From Atribacterota bacterium (lineage in GTDB: Bacteria > Atribacterota > Phoenicimicrobiia > Phoenicimicrobiales > Phoenicimicrobiaceae): a stretch of 18,021 nucleotides of DNA. Under the pieces are notes generated by a model, which was not told where the DNA came from, made no database searches, and saw only the letters and a list, made by a program, of their open reading frames with translations. This document shows positions 1 to 10,091 of this stretch, piece after piece (the first letter of the stretch is position 1; every line of letters starts with the position of its first letter). The position numbers and the translations under genes are program-made. The DNA lies in the NCBI GenBank assembly GCA_038203565.1, contig JBBRDV010000026.1:1-18021 (forward strand), given 5' to 3'.

Positions 1-141
1 ACTATTCGATTATCTCACTTACCACTCCGGCACTGATAGTGCGTCCTCCTTCTCGGACAGCAAAGCGGAGCTGTTTTTCCATAGCGATGGGAGTAATCAG
101 TTCACCGACCACAGTTACTCGATCCCCGGGCATAACCATCT
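1..141. repeat. Terminal direct repeat, copy 1 (identical to 17881-18021; 3' end of tuf)
   Basis: Base-by-base identity from actattcgattatctcac to cataaccatct at both ends of the window; 141 bp. Confidence 0.97.
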
Positions 142-1198
142 CTACCCCTTCAGGGAGAGTGATGGTACCGGTTACGTCAGTAGTTCTGAAGTAGAACTGG
201 GGACGATAACCACTAAAGATAGGAGTATGTCTGCCTCCTTCTTCTTTGGTTAAGACATAGATTTCACCCTTAAACTTGGTATGAGGGTTGATACTACCTG
301 GGACCGCTACTACCTGGCCTCTTTTTACATCATTTTTATCTATGCCTCGCAGGAGGAGACCGATGTTGTCTCCGGCTTCGGCCTGATCCATGGTCTTACG
401 GAACATCTCTACTCCGGTGACTACGGTCTTACGCACCTTGGGAGCAAGTCCCACTATCTCGGCCGGATCTCCTACCTTGACTAATCCTCTCTCTAATCTA
501 CCGGTAGCCACAGTCCCTCTACCAGTGATAGAAAAGACGTCTTCCACTGATAAGAGGAAGGGTTTATCCATATCTCGTTTGGGAGTAGGAATATAATTAT
601 CTATGGCATCTAATAATTCGGCAATGGCTTTATAGGCAGGATCATTTGCATCTGTAGCCTGCATTGCCTTTAGAGCCGAGCCTTTGATTATGGGAATATC
701 GTCTCCGGGGAATTCATATTCACTTAAAAGATCTCTTATCTCCATCTCTACCAGTTCAATCAGTTCAGGGTCATCTACCATATCTACCTTGTTCAGGAAG
801 ACCACGATATGGGGGACTCCTACCTGGCGGGCCAGAAGAATATGTTCTCGAGTCTGGGGCATGGGGCCATCGGCAGCAGATACCACCAGGACAGCTCCGT
901 CCATCTGGGCTGCTCCGGTAATCATATTCTTGATGTAGTCAGCATGTCCTGGACAGTCGATATGGGCATAGTGTCTCTTTTCGGTCTCGTATTCGGCATG
1001 AAAGACCGAGATGGTAATACCTCTTTCCTTTTCTTCGGGAGCATGATCGATATCATCAAACTCCTTCACCACGGCAAGGCCTTTAGTAGCCAGATATTTA
1101 GTAATTGCTGAGGTTAAGGTTGTTTTGCCATGGTCTACATGACCGATAGTACCCACATTAACATGGGGTTTAGTTCTTACAAATTTTTCTTTTGCCAT
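2..1198 (-). CDS. tuf: Elongation factor Tu
   Basis: 398 aa; MAKEKF start, GHVDHGKT P-loop, [33 protein letters not shown] upstream; follows fusA. Confidence 0.99.
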   Translation of the reverse strand: MAKEKFVRTKPHVNVGTIGHVDHGKTTLTSAITKYLATKGLAVVKEFDDIDHAPEEKERGITISVFHAEYETEKRHYAHIDCPGHADYIKNMITGAAQMDGAVLVVSAADGPMPQTREHILLARQVGVPHIVVFLNKVDMVDDPELIELVEMEIRDLLSEYEFPGDDIPIIKGSALKAMQATDANDPAYKAIAELLDAIDNYIPTPKRDMDKPFLLSVEDVFSITGRGTVATGRLERGLVKVGDPAEIVGLAPKVRKTVVTGVEMFRKTMDQAEAGDNIGLLLRGIDKNDVKRGQVVAVPGSINPHTKFKGEIYVLTKEEGGRHTPIFSGYRPQFYFRTTDVTGTITLPEGVEMVMPGDRVTVVGELITPIAMEKQLRFAVREGGRTISAGVVSEIIE

Positions 1199-1246
1199 TT
1201 GATTTTTCCTCCTTAAATATTCTGTACTATTTTTATTATTTTAATC

Positions 1247-3310
1247 TTAGATTAATATTTCCTTTGCAATATTATCTGGAATTTTTTCGTAATGTAAAAA
1301 CTGCATAGTAAAAGTTGCTCTACCTTGTGAAATTGACCTTAAACTAGTAGCATAACCAAACATTTCTACTAAAGGTACATAAGCAGTAATAATTTTTAAT
1401 TTAGCCTTTGTTTCTATACCCTCTACTTTCGCCCTCCGTGAACTTATATCACTTATCAGATTACCTAAATATTCTTCTGGAGTTACGATTTCTACTTCCA
1501 TCATCGGTTCTAAAAGTATTGGTTTGGCGTTTTTCATACATTCTTGAAAGGCCATAGAGCCTGCAATCTTAAAAGCAATCTCCGATGAATCTACTGGATG
1601 ATAAGAACCGTCTAATAAAGTTACTTTTATATTGGTGACCGGGTAATTAGCCAATACTCCACTTAACATAGCTTCTTTTATGCCCCCTTCTACTGCGGGA
1701 ATATATTCTTTGGGTATTGCTCCGCCAACTATCCGATTAATAAATTTAAAATTATCTTCTTTGTAAGGTTCTACCTCCAGAGTTACATCTCCATATTGTC
1801 CCCTACCTCCCGATTGTTTGATAAATCTCCCTCTAGCCTTAGCAGTTCTCTCGATTGTTTCTTTATAGGCTACTTGTGGCTTTCCTATATTTCCTTCTAC
1901 TCTAAATTCCCGAAGTAAACGATCTACAATTATTTCTAAATGCAGTTCCCCCATACCAGAGATGATAGTTTGACCGGTTTCAACATTATGTGTTCTTCTA
2001 AAAGTCGGGTCTTCTTCTGACAATTTATCCAAAGCTAAAGCCATTTTATCTTGCTCTGCTTTACTTTTTGGCTCTATAGCGATAGATATCACCGGTTCAG
2101 GAAATATTATTGATTCTAAAATTATAGGATGTTTTACATCACATAAAGTATCACCAGTAGTAGATTTTTTTAAACCTATTATTGCCCCTAGATTTCCTGC
2201 AGGTATCTCTGTAACATCCTTCTTGTGATCAGCATGAATCAGTACTAATCTATTTATTCTTTCCCTAATCTCTTTAGATGAATTATAAACATAAGAACCT
2301 GATTTTAATATACCTGAATAAACTCTTACAAAACTTAATTTTCCTATATAAGGATCAGTCATAATTTTAAAAACCAAAGAAGCTAATGGTTCTTTATCCT
2401 CGGCTAACCTATATATCCCCTTCTCGTTCTGAGGATCTATGCCTTTGATCGGTGGAACATCTAAAGGAGAAGGCAGATAATTAACTATCGCATCTAAAAG
2501 TAACTGAATACCTTTATTTTTTAAAGCTGAACCACAAAAAACCGGAACTACCTCATTTTTAATAGTTAATCTGCGAATTGCAGACTTTATTTCATTGGAG
2601 GCAATTTCTTCACCTTCAAGATATTTTTCCATAATTCTTTCATCAACTTCAGCTAAGCTTTCTATCATTTTATGATGATACTCATTGGCTAATTCTATCA
2701 TATCTTTTGATATAGATACTTCTTTATAATTTACTCCCAAATTATCCATAGTATAAGAATACGCCTTCATTTTTATTAAGTCGATAATGCCTATAAAATC
2801 TTCTTCACTCCCCAAGGGCAATTGAACAATGATTGGATTAGTCGCCAGTTTATCTTGGATCTCTTTTACAACATGATAGAAATCTGCTCCTGCCCTATCC
2901 ATTTTATTAATAAAAGCAATACGGGGAACACCATATTTTTCTGCCTGATGCCAAACGGTTTCTGTCTGGGGTTCAACCCCTCCTACTGCACAGAAGACTG
3001 CAACAGCACCATCGAGTACCCTTAAACAACGTTCAACCTCCATAGTAAAATCTACGTGTCCTGGTGTATCAATAAGATTAACACGATTATCTTTCCAATA
3101 AAGAGTGGTTGCTGCAGAAGTTATAGTAATGCCTCTCTCTTTTTCTTGAGGCATCCAATCCATAGTTGCAGACCCCTCATGGACCTCGCCCATCTTATGA
3201 ACTTTTCCCGTATAGTAAAGTATCCTCTCGGTAACGGTAGTCTTGCCTGCGTCAATATGGGCCATTATACCAATATTTCTTATTTTATCTAAGGATAAAT
3301 TCGTAGACAT
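1247..3310 (-). CDS. fusA: Elongation factor G
   Basis: 687 aa; [50 protein letters not shown]; between rpsG and tuf. Confidence 0.99.
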   Translation of the reverse strand: MSTNLSLDKIRNIGIMAHIDAGKTTVTERILYYTGKVHKMGEVHEGSATMDWMPQEKERGITITSAATTLYWKDNRVNLIDTPGHVDFTMEVERCLRVLDGAVAVFCAVGGVEPQTETVWHQAEKYGVPRIAFINKMDRAGADFYHVVKEIQDKLATNPIIVQLPLGSEEDFIGIIDLIKMKAYSYTMDNLGVNYKEVSISKDMIELANEYHHKMIESLAEVDERIMEKYLEGEEIASNEIKSAIRRLTIKNEVVPVFCGSALKNKGIQLLLDAIVNYLPSPLDVPPIKGIDPQNEKGIYRLAEDKEPLASLVFKIMTDPYIGKLSFVRVYSGILKSGSYVYNSSKEIRERINRLVLIHADHKKDVTEIPAGNLGAIIGLKKSTTGDTLCDVKHPIILESIIFPEPVISIAIEPKSKAEQDKMALALDKLSEEDPTFRRTHNVETGQTIISGMGELHLEIIVDRLLREFRVEGNIGKPQVAYKETIERTAKARGRFIKQSGGRGQYGDVTLEVEPYKEDNFKFINRIVGGAIPKEYIPAVEGGIKEAMLSGVLANYPVTNIKVTLLDGSYHPVDSSEIAFKIAGSMAFQECMKNAKPILLEPMMEVEIVTPEEYLGNLISDISSRRAKVEGIETKAKLKIITAYVPLVEMFGYATSLRSISQGRATFTMQFLHYEKIPDNIAKEILI

Positions 3311-3377
3311 AATTTAAAAAATCTCTTTTTATTTTTTAATTTTTATATTACTTAAAAGTTCAACTTATTAATTTCAT

Positions 3378-3848
3378 TTAAAATCTGTAATGAGCAAATG
3401 CTTTGTTTGCTTCTGCCATCTTATGAGTATCTTCTTTCTTTTTAACAGCTGCTCCGACACCATTCGCTGCATCTGTTAACTCTAAGGATAATTTTTCATG
3501 CATCGGCTTACCAGTTTTTTGCCTGGCAAAATTAATTATCCATCTCATCCCTAAAGTTATTCTTCTATCCGGACTTACTTCAACCGGGATCTGATAACTG
3601 GCTCCTCCAACCCTTCTTGATTTTACCTCTAATACTGGTATAACATTCTGTAAAGCTTGATTAAATACTTCCAAGGGTTCCTTTTTTGTTTTCTTAGCAG
3701 CTATATCTAAAGCCCGATAAAAAATTGCTTCCGCTATGCTTTTTTTACCATCATACATTAGCTTGTTTATAAAAGTTGCTACGTTTTTATCGTGATATAC
3801 AGAATCTGGTATATTTATTCTCTTTACTGCCCTTCTTCTCCTGGACAT
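3378..3848 (-). CDS. rpsG: 30S ribosomal protein S7
   Basis: 156 aa; [39 protein letters not shown]. Confidence 0.99.
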   Translation of the reverse strand: MSRRRRAVKRINIPDSVYHDKNVATFINKLMYDGKKSIAEAIFYRALDIAAKKTKKEPLEVFNQALQNVIPVLEVKSRRVGGASYQIPVEVSPDRRITLGMRWIINFARQKTGKPMHEKLSLELTDAANGVGAAVKKKEDTHKMAEANKAFAHYRF

Positions 3849-3874
3849 TATTTACCACCTCTATCTTTTTAAAT

Positions 3875-3909
3875 TAGTATTTAGTATCTCGTATATCGTA
3901 TATCGTTAA
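3875..3909. repeat. Degenerate heptamer array (tagtatt tagtatc tcgtata tcgtata tcgttaa), RBS-proximal arm of rpsL-rpsG spacer
   Basis: Five 7-bp units read directly; 3875-3885 is the exact reverse complement of 4008-4018. Confidence 0.85.
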
Positions 3910-3982
3910 GAAATAGAACCCAGTATCCGATTTTTTTGTCTAAAAACTATAAACCAAAAACTAAAAATTTAAGAATTAATTT

Positions 3983-4038
3983 AACTAGCAAACCGGATAA
4001 CCGGCTAACTAAATACTATTCACTAACGACTAGCGACT
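3983..4038. repeat. Short tandem repeats after rpsL stop (8-mers aaccggat/aaccggct, then 7-mers ctaaata ctattca ctaacga ctagcga)
   Basis: Read directly; opposite orientation to the 3875-3909 array. Confidence 0.7.
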
Positions 4039-4044
4039 TACTTA

Positions 4045-4428
4045 TTACTTGCTTGTCTTCTTCTGTCTTTTAGTTCCATATCTTGAACGCCCTTGCATTC
4101 TATTTTCTACTCCAGTAGTATCCATAACTCCTCTGACAATATGATATCTAACTCCTGGTAAATCTTTTACCCTTCCACCTCTTAAGAGCACAATAGAATG
4201 TTCTTGAAGATTATGTCCTATTCCAGGAATATATGCAGTAACCTCCATATTATTAGTTAATCTTACTCGGGTTACTTTTCTTAAGGCGGAATTAGGTTTC
4301 TTGGGAGTTATAGTCCAAACTCTGGTGCATACCCCTCTTTTTAAAGGGCTGCCCTGCAAAGATGGCGTATCAGATTTTTTAAAGACCTTTTTTCTACCTT
4401 TTCTCACTAATTGGTTTATGGTAGGCAT
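4045..4428 (-). CDS. rpsL: 30S ribosomal protein S12
   Basis: 127 aa; [44 protein letters not shown]. Confidence 0.99.
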   Translation of the reverse strand: MPTINQLVRKGRKKVFKKSDTPSLQGSPLKRGVCTRVWTITPKKPNSALRKVTRVRLTNNMEVTAYIPGIGHNLQEHSIVLLRGGRVKDLPGVRYHIVRGVMDTTGVENRMQGRSRYGTKRQKKTSK

Positions 4429-4484
4429 ATCTCACCTTCCTTTGTCTAAATTTATCAGCATCCTATAAATAAAAATACTTTTAC

Positions 4485-4513
4485 ATTTTAACAGCATCAG
4501 TATTTGATGTCAA
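4485..4513 (-). promoter_or_regulatory. Sigma70-type promoter upstream of rpsL (str operon)
   Basis: Minus strand TTGACA-17 nt-TAAAAT with TGn extended -10, about 56 nt upstream of the rpsL ATG. Confidence 0.8.
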
Positions 4514-4515
4514 GC

Positions 4516-4785
4516 TAAATTAGTATATAAATTAGTATATAGTAAATAGTATTTAGTAATAAAGCACAAAACTATATTCGTATCTCGTATAAAATACAGT
4601 AATAAGTAATAAGTAATAAGTTTAAATTTCTGAAATTATAAAACTGGTTTTCTTCAAGCGATACTCGATACTCACTATAAATATTTTCTAGTTTCTTACT
4701 TCTAATTTCTACCTTACTATCTCTTTACTATATACTCGATACTAGATACTATATACTATATACTAATTACGCTATTCATTAACGA
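4516..4785. repeat. Compound heptamer-repeat spacer between rpoC and the rpsL promoter, with inverted outer arms
   Basis: TAGTAN arrays 4521-4560, (agtaata)x3 at 4598-4621, tttctaN-like array 4685-4719, (t/g)atacta array 4725-4765; 4530-4558 is complementary to 4740-4768 with 2 mismatches. Confidence 0.88.
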
Positions 4786-7700
4786 CTAATTAAGCTCCTG
4801 TTCTTGATCTGTTGTATGGTCTGACATTTTCTCTTTACTATCTTCATCTTCTTCTCTAAATATATCTATCTTCTTTTCTATCTGCTCTCCTTCTGCCTCT
4901 TTAAATATTTCTTCCACTTTTTCTTCTTCCTCCTGTGAGTAATCAACTTCTATTCTTCCGTATTTATTTAAACCTGTCCCTGCGGGTATGATATTACCAA
5001 TAATAACATTTTCCTTTAAACCATAAAGTTTATCTACCTTCCCCTTGATAGAAGCATTAGTTAAGACATGAGTGGTTCTCTGAAATGATGCGGCAGACAG
5101 AAAACTTTCAGAAGAAAGGGAGGCTTGAGTAATACCTTGGATTATGGGCATTCCTACTGCTACAAACTTCTTCCGTCTAATAAATCCTACATTTTCAATT
5201 ATATTAACACATGCGGTCTTATTGTTTGCTCTTACTTTTATTAAATCCAAATGTCTAGTGCAAATTTCTGTAGCATGGTTCCTGGTTATCTTTTTACCTC
5301 CACTAATTACAACTTCGCCTGTTTCCGGATCCAAAATATCTAAAGCAGCAATTTTACCTACTGCATTGTCGTAAAGGAATTCTAAAGTTCTGCCTTCTAA
5401 AGAAAAATATCTTCCGTCTTCCAATGGTAGCTCACTTAATTTATATAATAATATTTTTTTAATTAAATTCTTACTTATTATTTGATCCTTAGCTGCGATA
5501 ATATTTCCGCTTACTGGATCTTTAATATCTTCGCCAATGGGTCGGCCAATAATTTCATCTTTAATTGATTTGATCAGTCCGTCTCTTACGGATATCTCCT
5601 TAATTTCTTTCCATACCTTTATTCTATCTACCTTGGTTTTTATGATCTTACCCACTTCTGAGGAAGTAAGTTGCTTGTTCGCACTCACTAAAACTTGAGA
5701 ATCTTCTGGATTAATAATATCTGCGGCAATAATCCTGTCTTCTATCTTTTCGTAAATATCTGGCGCAGCACAACTTATTATTCTAATATCACTATTAGCA
5801 ATTTCTACTCCCATTTCTTTGCTAATGACCCCATTAAATTTTATCTTAGAATCACTTAGATTGTCTGTTTCAGTTTTGTCTTCTTGAATATTATCTTTAA
5901 TCCAACCAACCAAAATATTGCCAGTTATTCTTTCTATAAAGGAATTTTCTCCTTTAGCAATAGTCAATTGTTTATTTTCTTGATCTTCAACTATCAAGGT
6001 AGTAAAATCGCTGACTTCAATTTTAGGTATAATTTTATTAGTAATCACTTCTCCTTCTTTAACTATTATCTCACCTGTTTTAACATTTACCAATGAAAAA
6101 ATAGTTTTTTTATTTTCTAATAATTTTCTGTTCTTCTTGCTAATTTCTTCATTTTTTTCTACTACCTTTTTATTAGCCTTTTCAAAATCTGATACATATA
6201 CTAATTCCCCAGATAGCAACTCGGAATCACGGGCTGATCTCACATAAATCATATTTAAACGAGCAATTTGACGAATGATTGTCTCGATATGTTTATCACT
6301 GATTTTAACCCCTTGTGATCTATATACTGCTTGTATTTCTTTTAATAAATATTCTTGAACTGCCTTAATTCCCTGAATCTTTAAAATATCATGGGGATCA
6401 ATAAATCCGACAGTCAGCCTTTCTCCAGCTTTGATTTTTTGTCCTTTTTCTACTATTAACCTTAAATCAGGGGGAATATTATAGATCTTTTTCTTTTCTT
6501 CAATGGTGTCTTTATTTTCTTTTGATGTTTCAGGATTAACTACTACCTGCTTCTTATAATTGTTCTCAGTAATAATTTCCTCTACTATTCCATTTATTTC
6601 ACTGATTACTGCCTGTTTTTTTGGCTTTCTCACCTCAAAAAGTTGTTCTACTCGTGGAAGTCCCAAGGTAATATCTTCACCGGTTATTTTGACTCCTCCT
6701 GTATGAAAAGTCCTTAAAGTTAATTGTGTCCCTGGTTCTCCAATAGATTGAGCTGCAATAACTCCTACGGCTTCCCCGATATTTACTAATTTACCAGAAG
6801 CCATATCTTTACCATAGCATTTAACACATATTCCATGTTCTGCTCTGCAGGTTAAAACCGATCTAACTTTAACTTCTTTTATCTCCGTTTCCGAAATCTT
6901 TTTAGCGCCTTTTTCGTCAATTTCTTCCCCTAATCCAACTAATACTTCACCGGTCTTGGAATCTATTACCGCTTCTTGAGTTATCCGTCCAACCAACCTT
7001 TCTTCTAAAGTCTCGATTACATTACCGTCTTCTTGAAAGGCCCTGATAATTATTCCGTCAGATGTGCCACAGTCTTCTTCTCTTATAATGGCATCTTGGG
7101 CTACATCAACCAATCTTCTGGTTAAATATCCTGATTTTGAAGTTCTAAGAGCAGTGTCCGCTAATCCTTTTCGAGCTCCGTGGGTAGAAATAAAATACTC
7201 TAATACTGACAAACCGTCTCTAAAATTAGATCTAATAGGAAATTCAATAATTTTTCCCGAAGGATCAGCCATTAAACCCCTCATCCCAGCTAACTGGCCA
7301 ATCTGTCGTTTACTACCTCGAGCTCCGGAATCGGCCATAATATATAAAGGATTAAATTTGCTTAAATTCTTTAAAATAGCATCAACTACGTCATCAGCAG
7401 CTTTGGTCCAGGCGTTTACAATTTTCTGCTCTCTCTCATCATCCATAATTAATCCGTAATTATATTGTTCTTGAATTTTATCTACTTCTTTTTCGGCCAC
7501 TTCTAATATCTCATTTTTCTGGGAAGGTATTTCTAAATCTACTATCCCAATAGAAATCCCGGAAGAAGTAGCAAAATTAAAGCCTAATTTTTTAATCTTA
7601 TCTAAAATATCAACAGTTATTTCTTTTCCATATTTTCGGTAAACAAAAGATATAATTTTTTCTAAGGATTTTTTGGTTATGGTTAAATTGATAAAATCCA

Positions 7701-9858
7701 TATCATCAGGGAAAATTTCGTTAAAAATAATCCTGCCAGTTGTTGTGCTTTTTAAGGAGTTATTTATTCTACACTTAATACTAGCATGTAAGTCTATAAA
7801 ACCATCCTCATAAACCCTTATTGCCTCATTAAAATTACCAAATATTTTTCCCTCACCTTTTTGTCCACTTTCCTGCATAGTTAGATAATAACAACCTAAA
7901 ATTATATCCTGGCTAGGTAAAGCTATAGGTAAACCATTAGCTGGAGAGAGTATATTATTCGAAGATAGCATTAAAATTTCTGCTTCAGCTTGAGCTTCCG
8001 GCGAAAGAGGAACATGAACTGCCATCTGATCGCCGTCAAAATCTGCATTAAAAGCTGCGCAAACTAAAGGATGAATTTGTATTGCATCTCCTTCCACCAA
8101 AACTGGTTTAAAAGCCTGAATACCTAAACGATGTAATGTTGGTGCCCGATTTAGTAAGATAGGACGATCTTCTACAATATCCTTTAATATACTCCAGACT
8201 TCCGGCTTGCCTTTCTCTACTATTTTTTTGGCAGTTTTGATATTATGAGCCAAATCCTGAGCTACCAATTCTCTCATTACATATGGCTTGAATAGCTCTA
8301 GAGCCATCTTTTTGGGTAATCCGCATTGGTAAAATTTTAAATTAGGACCTACTACAATTACCGATCTTCCTGAATAATCCACTCTTTTGCCTAAAAGGTT
8401 CTGTCTAAATCTACCTTTCTTACCTTTTAACATATCACTTAACGATTTAAGGGGTCTATTCCCAGTGCCAAGCACTGCTCGCCCTCTCCTGCCGTTGTCT
8501 ATCAAAGCATCAACCGCTTCCTGTAACATTCGCTTTTCATTTTTAATAATAATTTCCGGTGCAACTAATTCTAATAATCTTTTTAATCTATTATTCCGAT
8601 TTATAACTCTCCTATACAGGTCATTCAAATCTGAAGTGGCAAAACGCCCTCCCTCCAATTGCACCATAGGCCTTAAGTCTGGAGGAATAACTGGAATTAT
8701 TTCTAATATCATCCATTCAGGTTTGCAATTAGATTTACGAAATGCTTCAATTATCTGCAATCTTTTAATAATCTTTTTCGTTTTTTGACCGCTCGTTTTT
8801 TTTAATTCTTCGCGAAGTTCCAGAGTTAACTTATCTAAGGTCACCTCTTTCAATAACTCTTTAATTGCTTCTGCCCCTATCCCAGCTTTAAATTCGGGAT
8901 CATAATTACTTAGAAGGAGTTTTTCTATTTCTAAAATTATTTCTCCTCTTTTGTGAGAAGTATTACCGGGGTGTATCACTATGTAACAAGACTCTTCAAT
9001 GTTTTGAGTGGTTAATTTTGCCCGCAAGGATAAGTTTTTTTCTTCCTCTATCCTTTTTAAGTTGGTCTCAGAAATTAAGCCATCAATTTTAGTAATTCGA
9101 TATTGGGTCTCTTTATTTTCTACCTCTTCTTCTTTAACTTCTTTAATCCCTTCTTCAAGCTCTTCTTTTTCTTTTTCACCTTCAGATTCTTCCTCTTTAC
9201 TTACAGGGAACAATAATTCCTTTTGATAGAAAATTTTACCAAATATTTTCTGCAGATCCTGATCCTCTTCCTCTGAAATTACATCACCTATTTTATAAGA
9301 AAATATTTTTACTTTATTAATATTATAAACCGGCTCAGCGGTAAATTTTTCATTATACTTTTTATGAATACGGTATTCTGCTTCTAAAATTATATCTCCT
9401 TTTTCTAAATCTGTCTCGCCTTTCTCAATAACTTCAAATAACTGTTCTCTTCTTCGGTCTGGAGCATAGTATAATATCTTTTCTAAGTTACGAGGGGATA
9501 TGTCTAAAAGTAGAGATAAAGGGCTGGGTATAGCCTTAAAATACCAAACATGGGAAACAGGGGAAGCTAATTTAATATGCCCCATTCTCTCCCTTCTAGT
9601 GATAGATTTAGTAACCTCGACTCCACATCTATCACAAATGACACCTTTATATCTTATCCTTTTGTATTTTCCACAACTACATTCCCAATCTTTAACTGGT
9701 CCGAATATTCTTTCACAAAATAAACCATCTTTCTCTGGTCTTAAAGTTCTATAATTGATAGTTTCAGGTTTTTTAACTTCACCATTAGACCATTTTTTTA
9801 CTTGCTCTGGCGAAGCCAGTCCGATTTTGATCGAGTTAAAACTCCTCAAAATTGTCAA
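4786..9858 (-). CDS. rpoC: DNA-directed RNA polymerase beta' subunit with large lineage-specific insertions
   Basis: 1690 aa; N-terminal Zn ribbon (CSCGKY...CDRC), [13 protein letters not shown], catalytic [26 protein letters not shown] start with GGGGG RBS. Confidence 0.99.
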   Translation of the reverse strand: MTILRSFNSIKIGLASPEQVKKWSNGEVKKPETINYRTLRPEKDGLFCERIFGPVKDWECSCGKYKRIRYKGVICDRCGVEVTKSITRRERMGHIKLASPVSHVWYFKAIPSPLSLLLDISPRNLEKILYYAPDRRREQLFEVIEKGETDLEKGDIILEAEYRIHKKYNEKFTAEPVYNINKVKIFSYKIGDVISEEEDQDLQKIFGKIFYQKELLFPVSKEEESEGEKEKEELEEGIKEVKEEEVENKETQYRITKIDGLISETNLKRIEEEKNLSLRAKLTTQNIEESCYIVIHPGNTSHKRGEIILEIEKLLLSNYDPEFKAGIGAEAIKELLKEVTLDKLTLELREELKKTSGQKTKKIIKRLQIIEAFRKSNCKPEWMILEIIPVIPPDLRPMVQLEGGRFATSDLNDLYRRVINRNNRLKRLLELVAPEIIIKNEKRMLQEAVDALIDNGRRGRAVLGTGNRPLKSLSDMLKGKKGRFRQNLLGKRVDYSGRSVIVVGPNLKFYQCGLPKKMALELFKPYVMRELVAQDLAHNIKTAKKIVEKGKPEVWSILKDIVEDRPILLNRAPTLHRLGIQAFKPVLVEGDAIQIHPLVCAAFNADFDGDQMAVHVPLSPEAQAEAEILMLSSNNILSPANGLPIALPSQDIILGCYYLTMQESGQKGEGKIFGNFNEAIRVYEDGFIDLHASIKCRINNSLKSTTTGRIIFNEIFPDDMDFINLTITKKSLEKIISFVYRKYGKEITVDILDKIKKLGFNFATSSGISIGIVDLEIPSQKNEILEVAEKEVDKIQEQYNYGLIMDDEREQKIVNAWTKAADDVVDAILKNLSKFNPLYIMADSGARGSKRQIGQLAGMRGLMADPSGKIIEFPIRSNFRDGLSVLEYFISTHGARKGLADTALRTSKSGYLTRRLVDVAQDAIIREEDCGTSDGIIIRAFQEDGNVIETLEERLVGRITQEAVIDSKTGEVLVGLGEEIDEKGAKKISETEIKEVKVRSVLTCRAEHGICVKCYGKDMASGKLVNIGEAVGVIAAQSIGEPGTQLTLRTFHTGGVKITGEDITLGLPRVEQLFEVRKPKKQAVISEINGIVEEIITENNYKKQVVVNPETSKENKDTIEEKKKIYNIPPDLRLIVEKGQKIKAGERLTVGFIDPHDILKIQGIKAVQEYLLKEIQAVYRSQGVKISDKHIETIIRQIARLNMIYVRSARDSELLSGELVYVSDFEKANKKVVEKNEEISKKNRKLLENKKTIFSLVNVKTGEIIVKEGEVITNKIIPKIEVSDFTTLIVEDQENKQLTIAKGENSFIERITGNILVGWIKDNIQEDKTETDNLSDSKIKFNGVISKEMGVEIANSDIRIISCAAPDIYEKIEDRIIAADIINPEDSQVLVSANKQLTSSEVGKIIKTKVDRIKVWKEIKEISVRDGLIKSIKDEIIGRPIGEDIKDPVSGNIIAAKDQIISKNLIKKILLYKLSELPLEDGRYFSLEGRTLEFLYDNAVGKIAALDILDPETGEVVISGGKKITRNHATEICTRHLDLIKVRANNKTACVNIIENVGFIRRKKFVAVGMPIIQGITQASLSSESFLSAASFQRTTHVLTNASIKGKVDKLYGLKENVIIGNIIPAGTGLNKYGRIEVDYSQEEEEKVEEIFKEAEGEQIEKKIDIFREEDEDSKEKMSDHTTDQEQELN

Positions 9859-9876
9859 TATAATTACCCCCTGTTT

Positions 9877-9925
9877 TAGTCGTTAGTATATCGTATATCG
9901 TATATCGTATTGCGTATGTCGTTCG
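9877..9925. repeat. Heptamer array (tagtcgt tagtata tcgtata tcgtata tcgtatt gcgtatg tcgttcg), RBS-proximal arm of rpoB-rpoC spacer
   Basis: Seven 7-bp units; 9886-9910 is the perfect reverse complement of 10056-10080. Confidence 0.92.
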
Positions 9926-10050
9926 TACTTAAATGATAAAAAGAGAGAGAACCTTTAATCCAAAATATGCAACTCATTACTTATTGGAGCACATATATTG
10001 CTCATCGCTATTTCGCTCCATCTTCTGGATTCTGAATTTCTATTTTCTTC

Positions 10051-10085
10051 ACGATATACGATATACGATATACGATATACGAATA
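10051..10085. repeat. Heptamer array (acgatat)x4 + acgaata, stop-proximal arm of rpoB-rpoC spacer
   Basis: Four perfect units plus one variant, 6 nt past the rpoB stop codon. Confidence 0.92.
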
Positions 10086-10091
10086 TATTTT

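Noticed and set aside
4429..4785. L7Ae-like (ybxF) gene between rpoC and rpsL, as in many Bacillota
   Set aside because: No ORF of suitable length; the spacer is stop-rich repeat sequence plus a promoter.
4786..4940. Acidic C-terminal tail of RpoC
   Set aside because: Variable acidic tails are common on beta' subunits.
5165..6160. Intein as the explanation of the RpoC insertion
   Set aside because: No N-terminal Cys/Ser splice block, no His-Asn C-terminus before C/S/T, no LAGLIDADG motif; the insert consists of RNAP-type repeats.
9950..10025. Tiny minus-strand ORFs in the rpoB-rpoC spacer (MERNSDEQYMCSNK; MSNICAPISNELHILD)
   Set aside because: Only 14-16 codons, no convincing RBS or similarity; expected by chance.
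9877..10085. CRISPR array or MITE/IS interpretation of the repeat arrays
   Set aside because: Units are 7 bp and tandem without unique spacers; no cas or transposase gene, no clear target-site duplication, and interiors differ between spacers.
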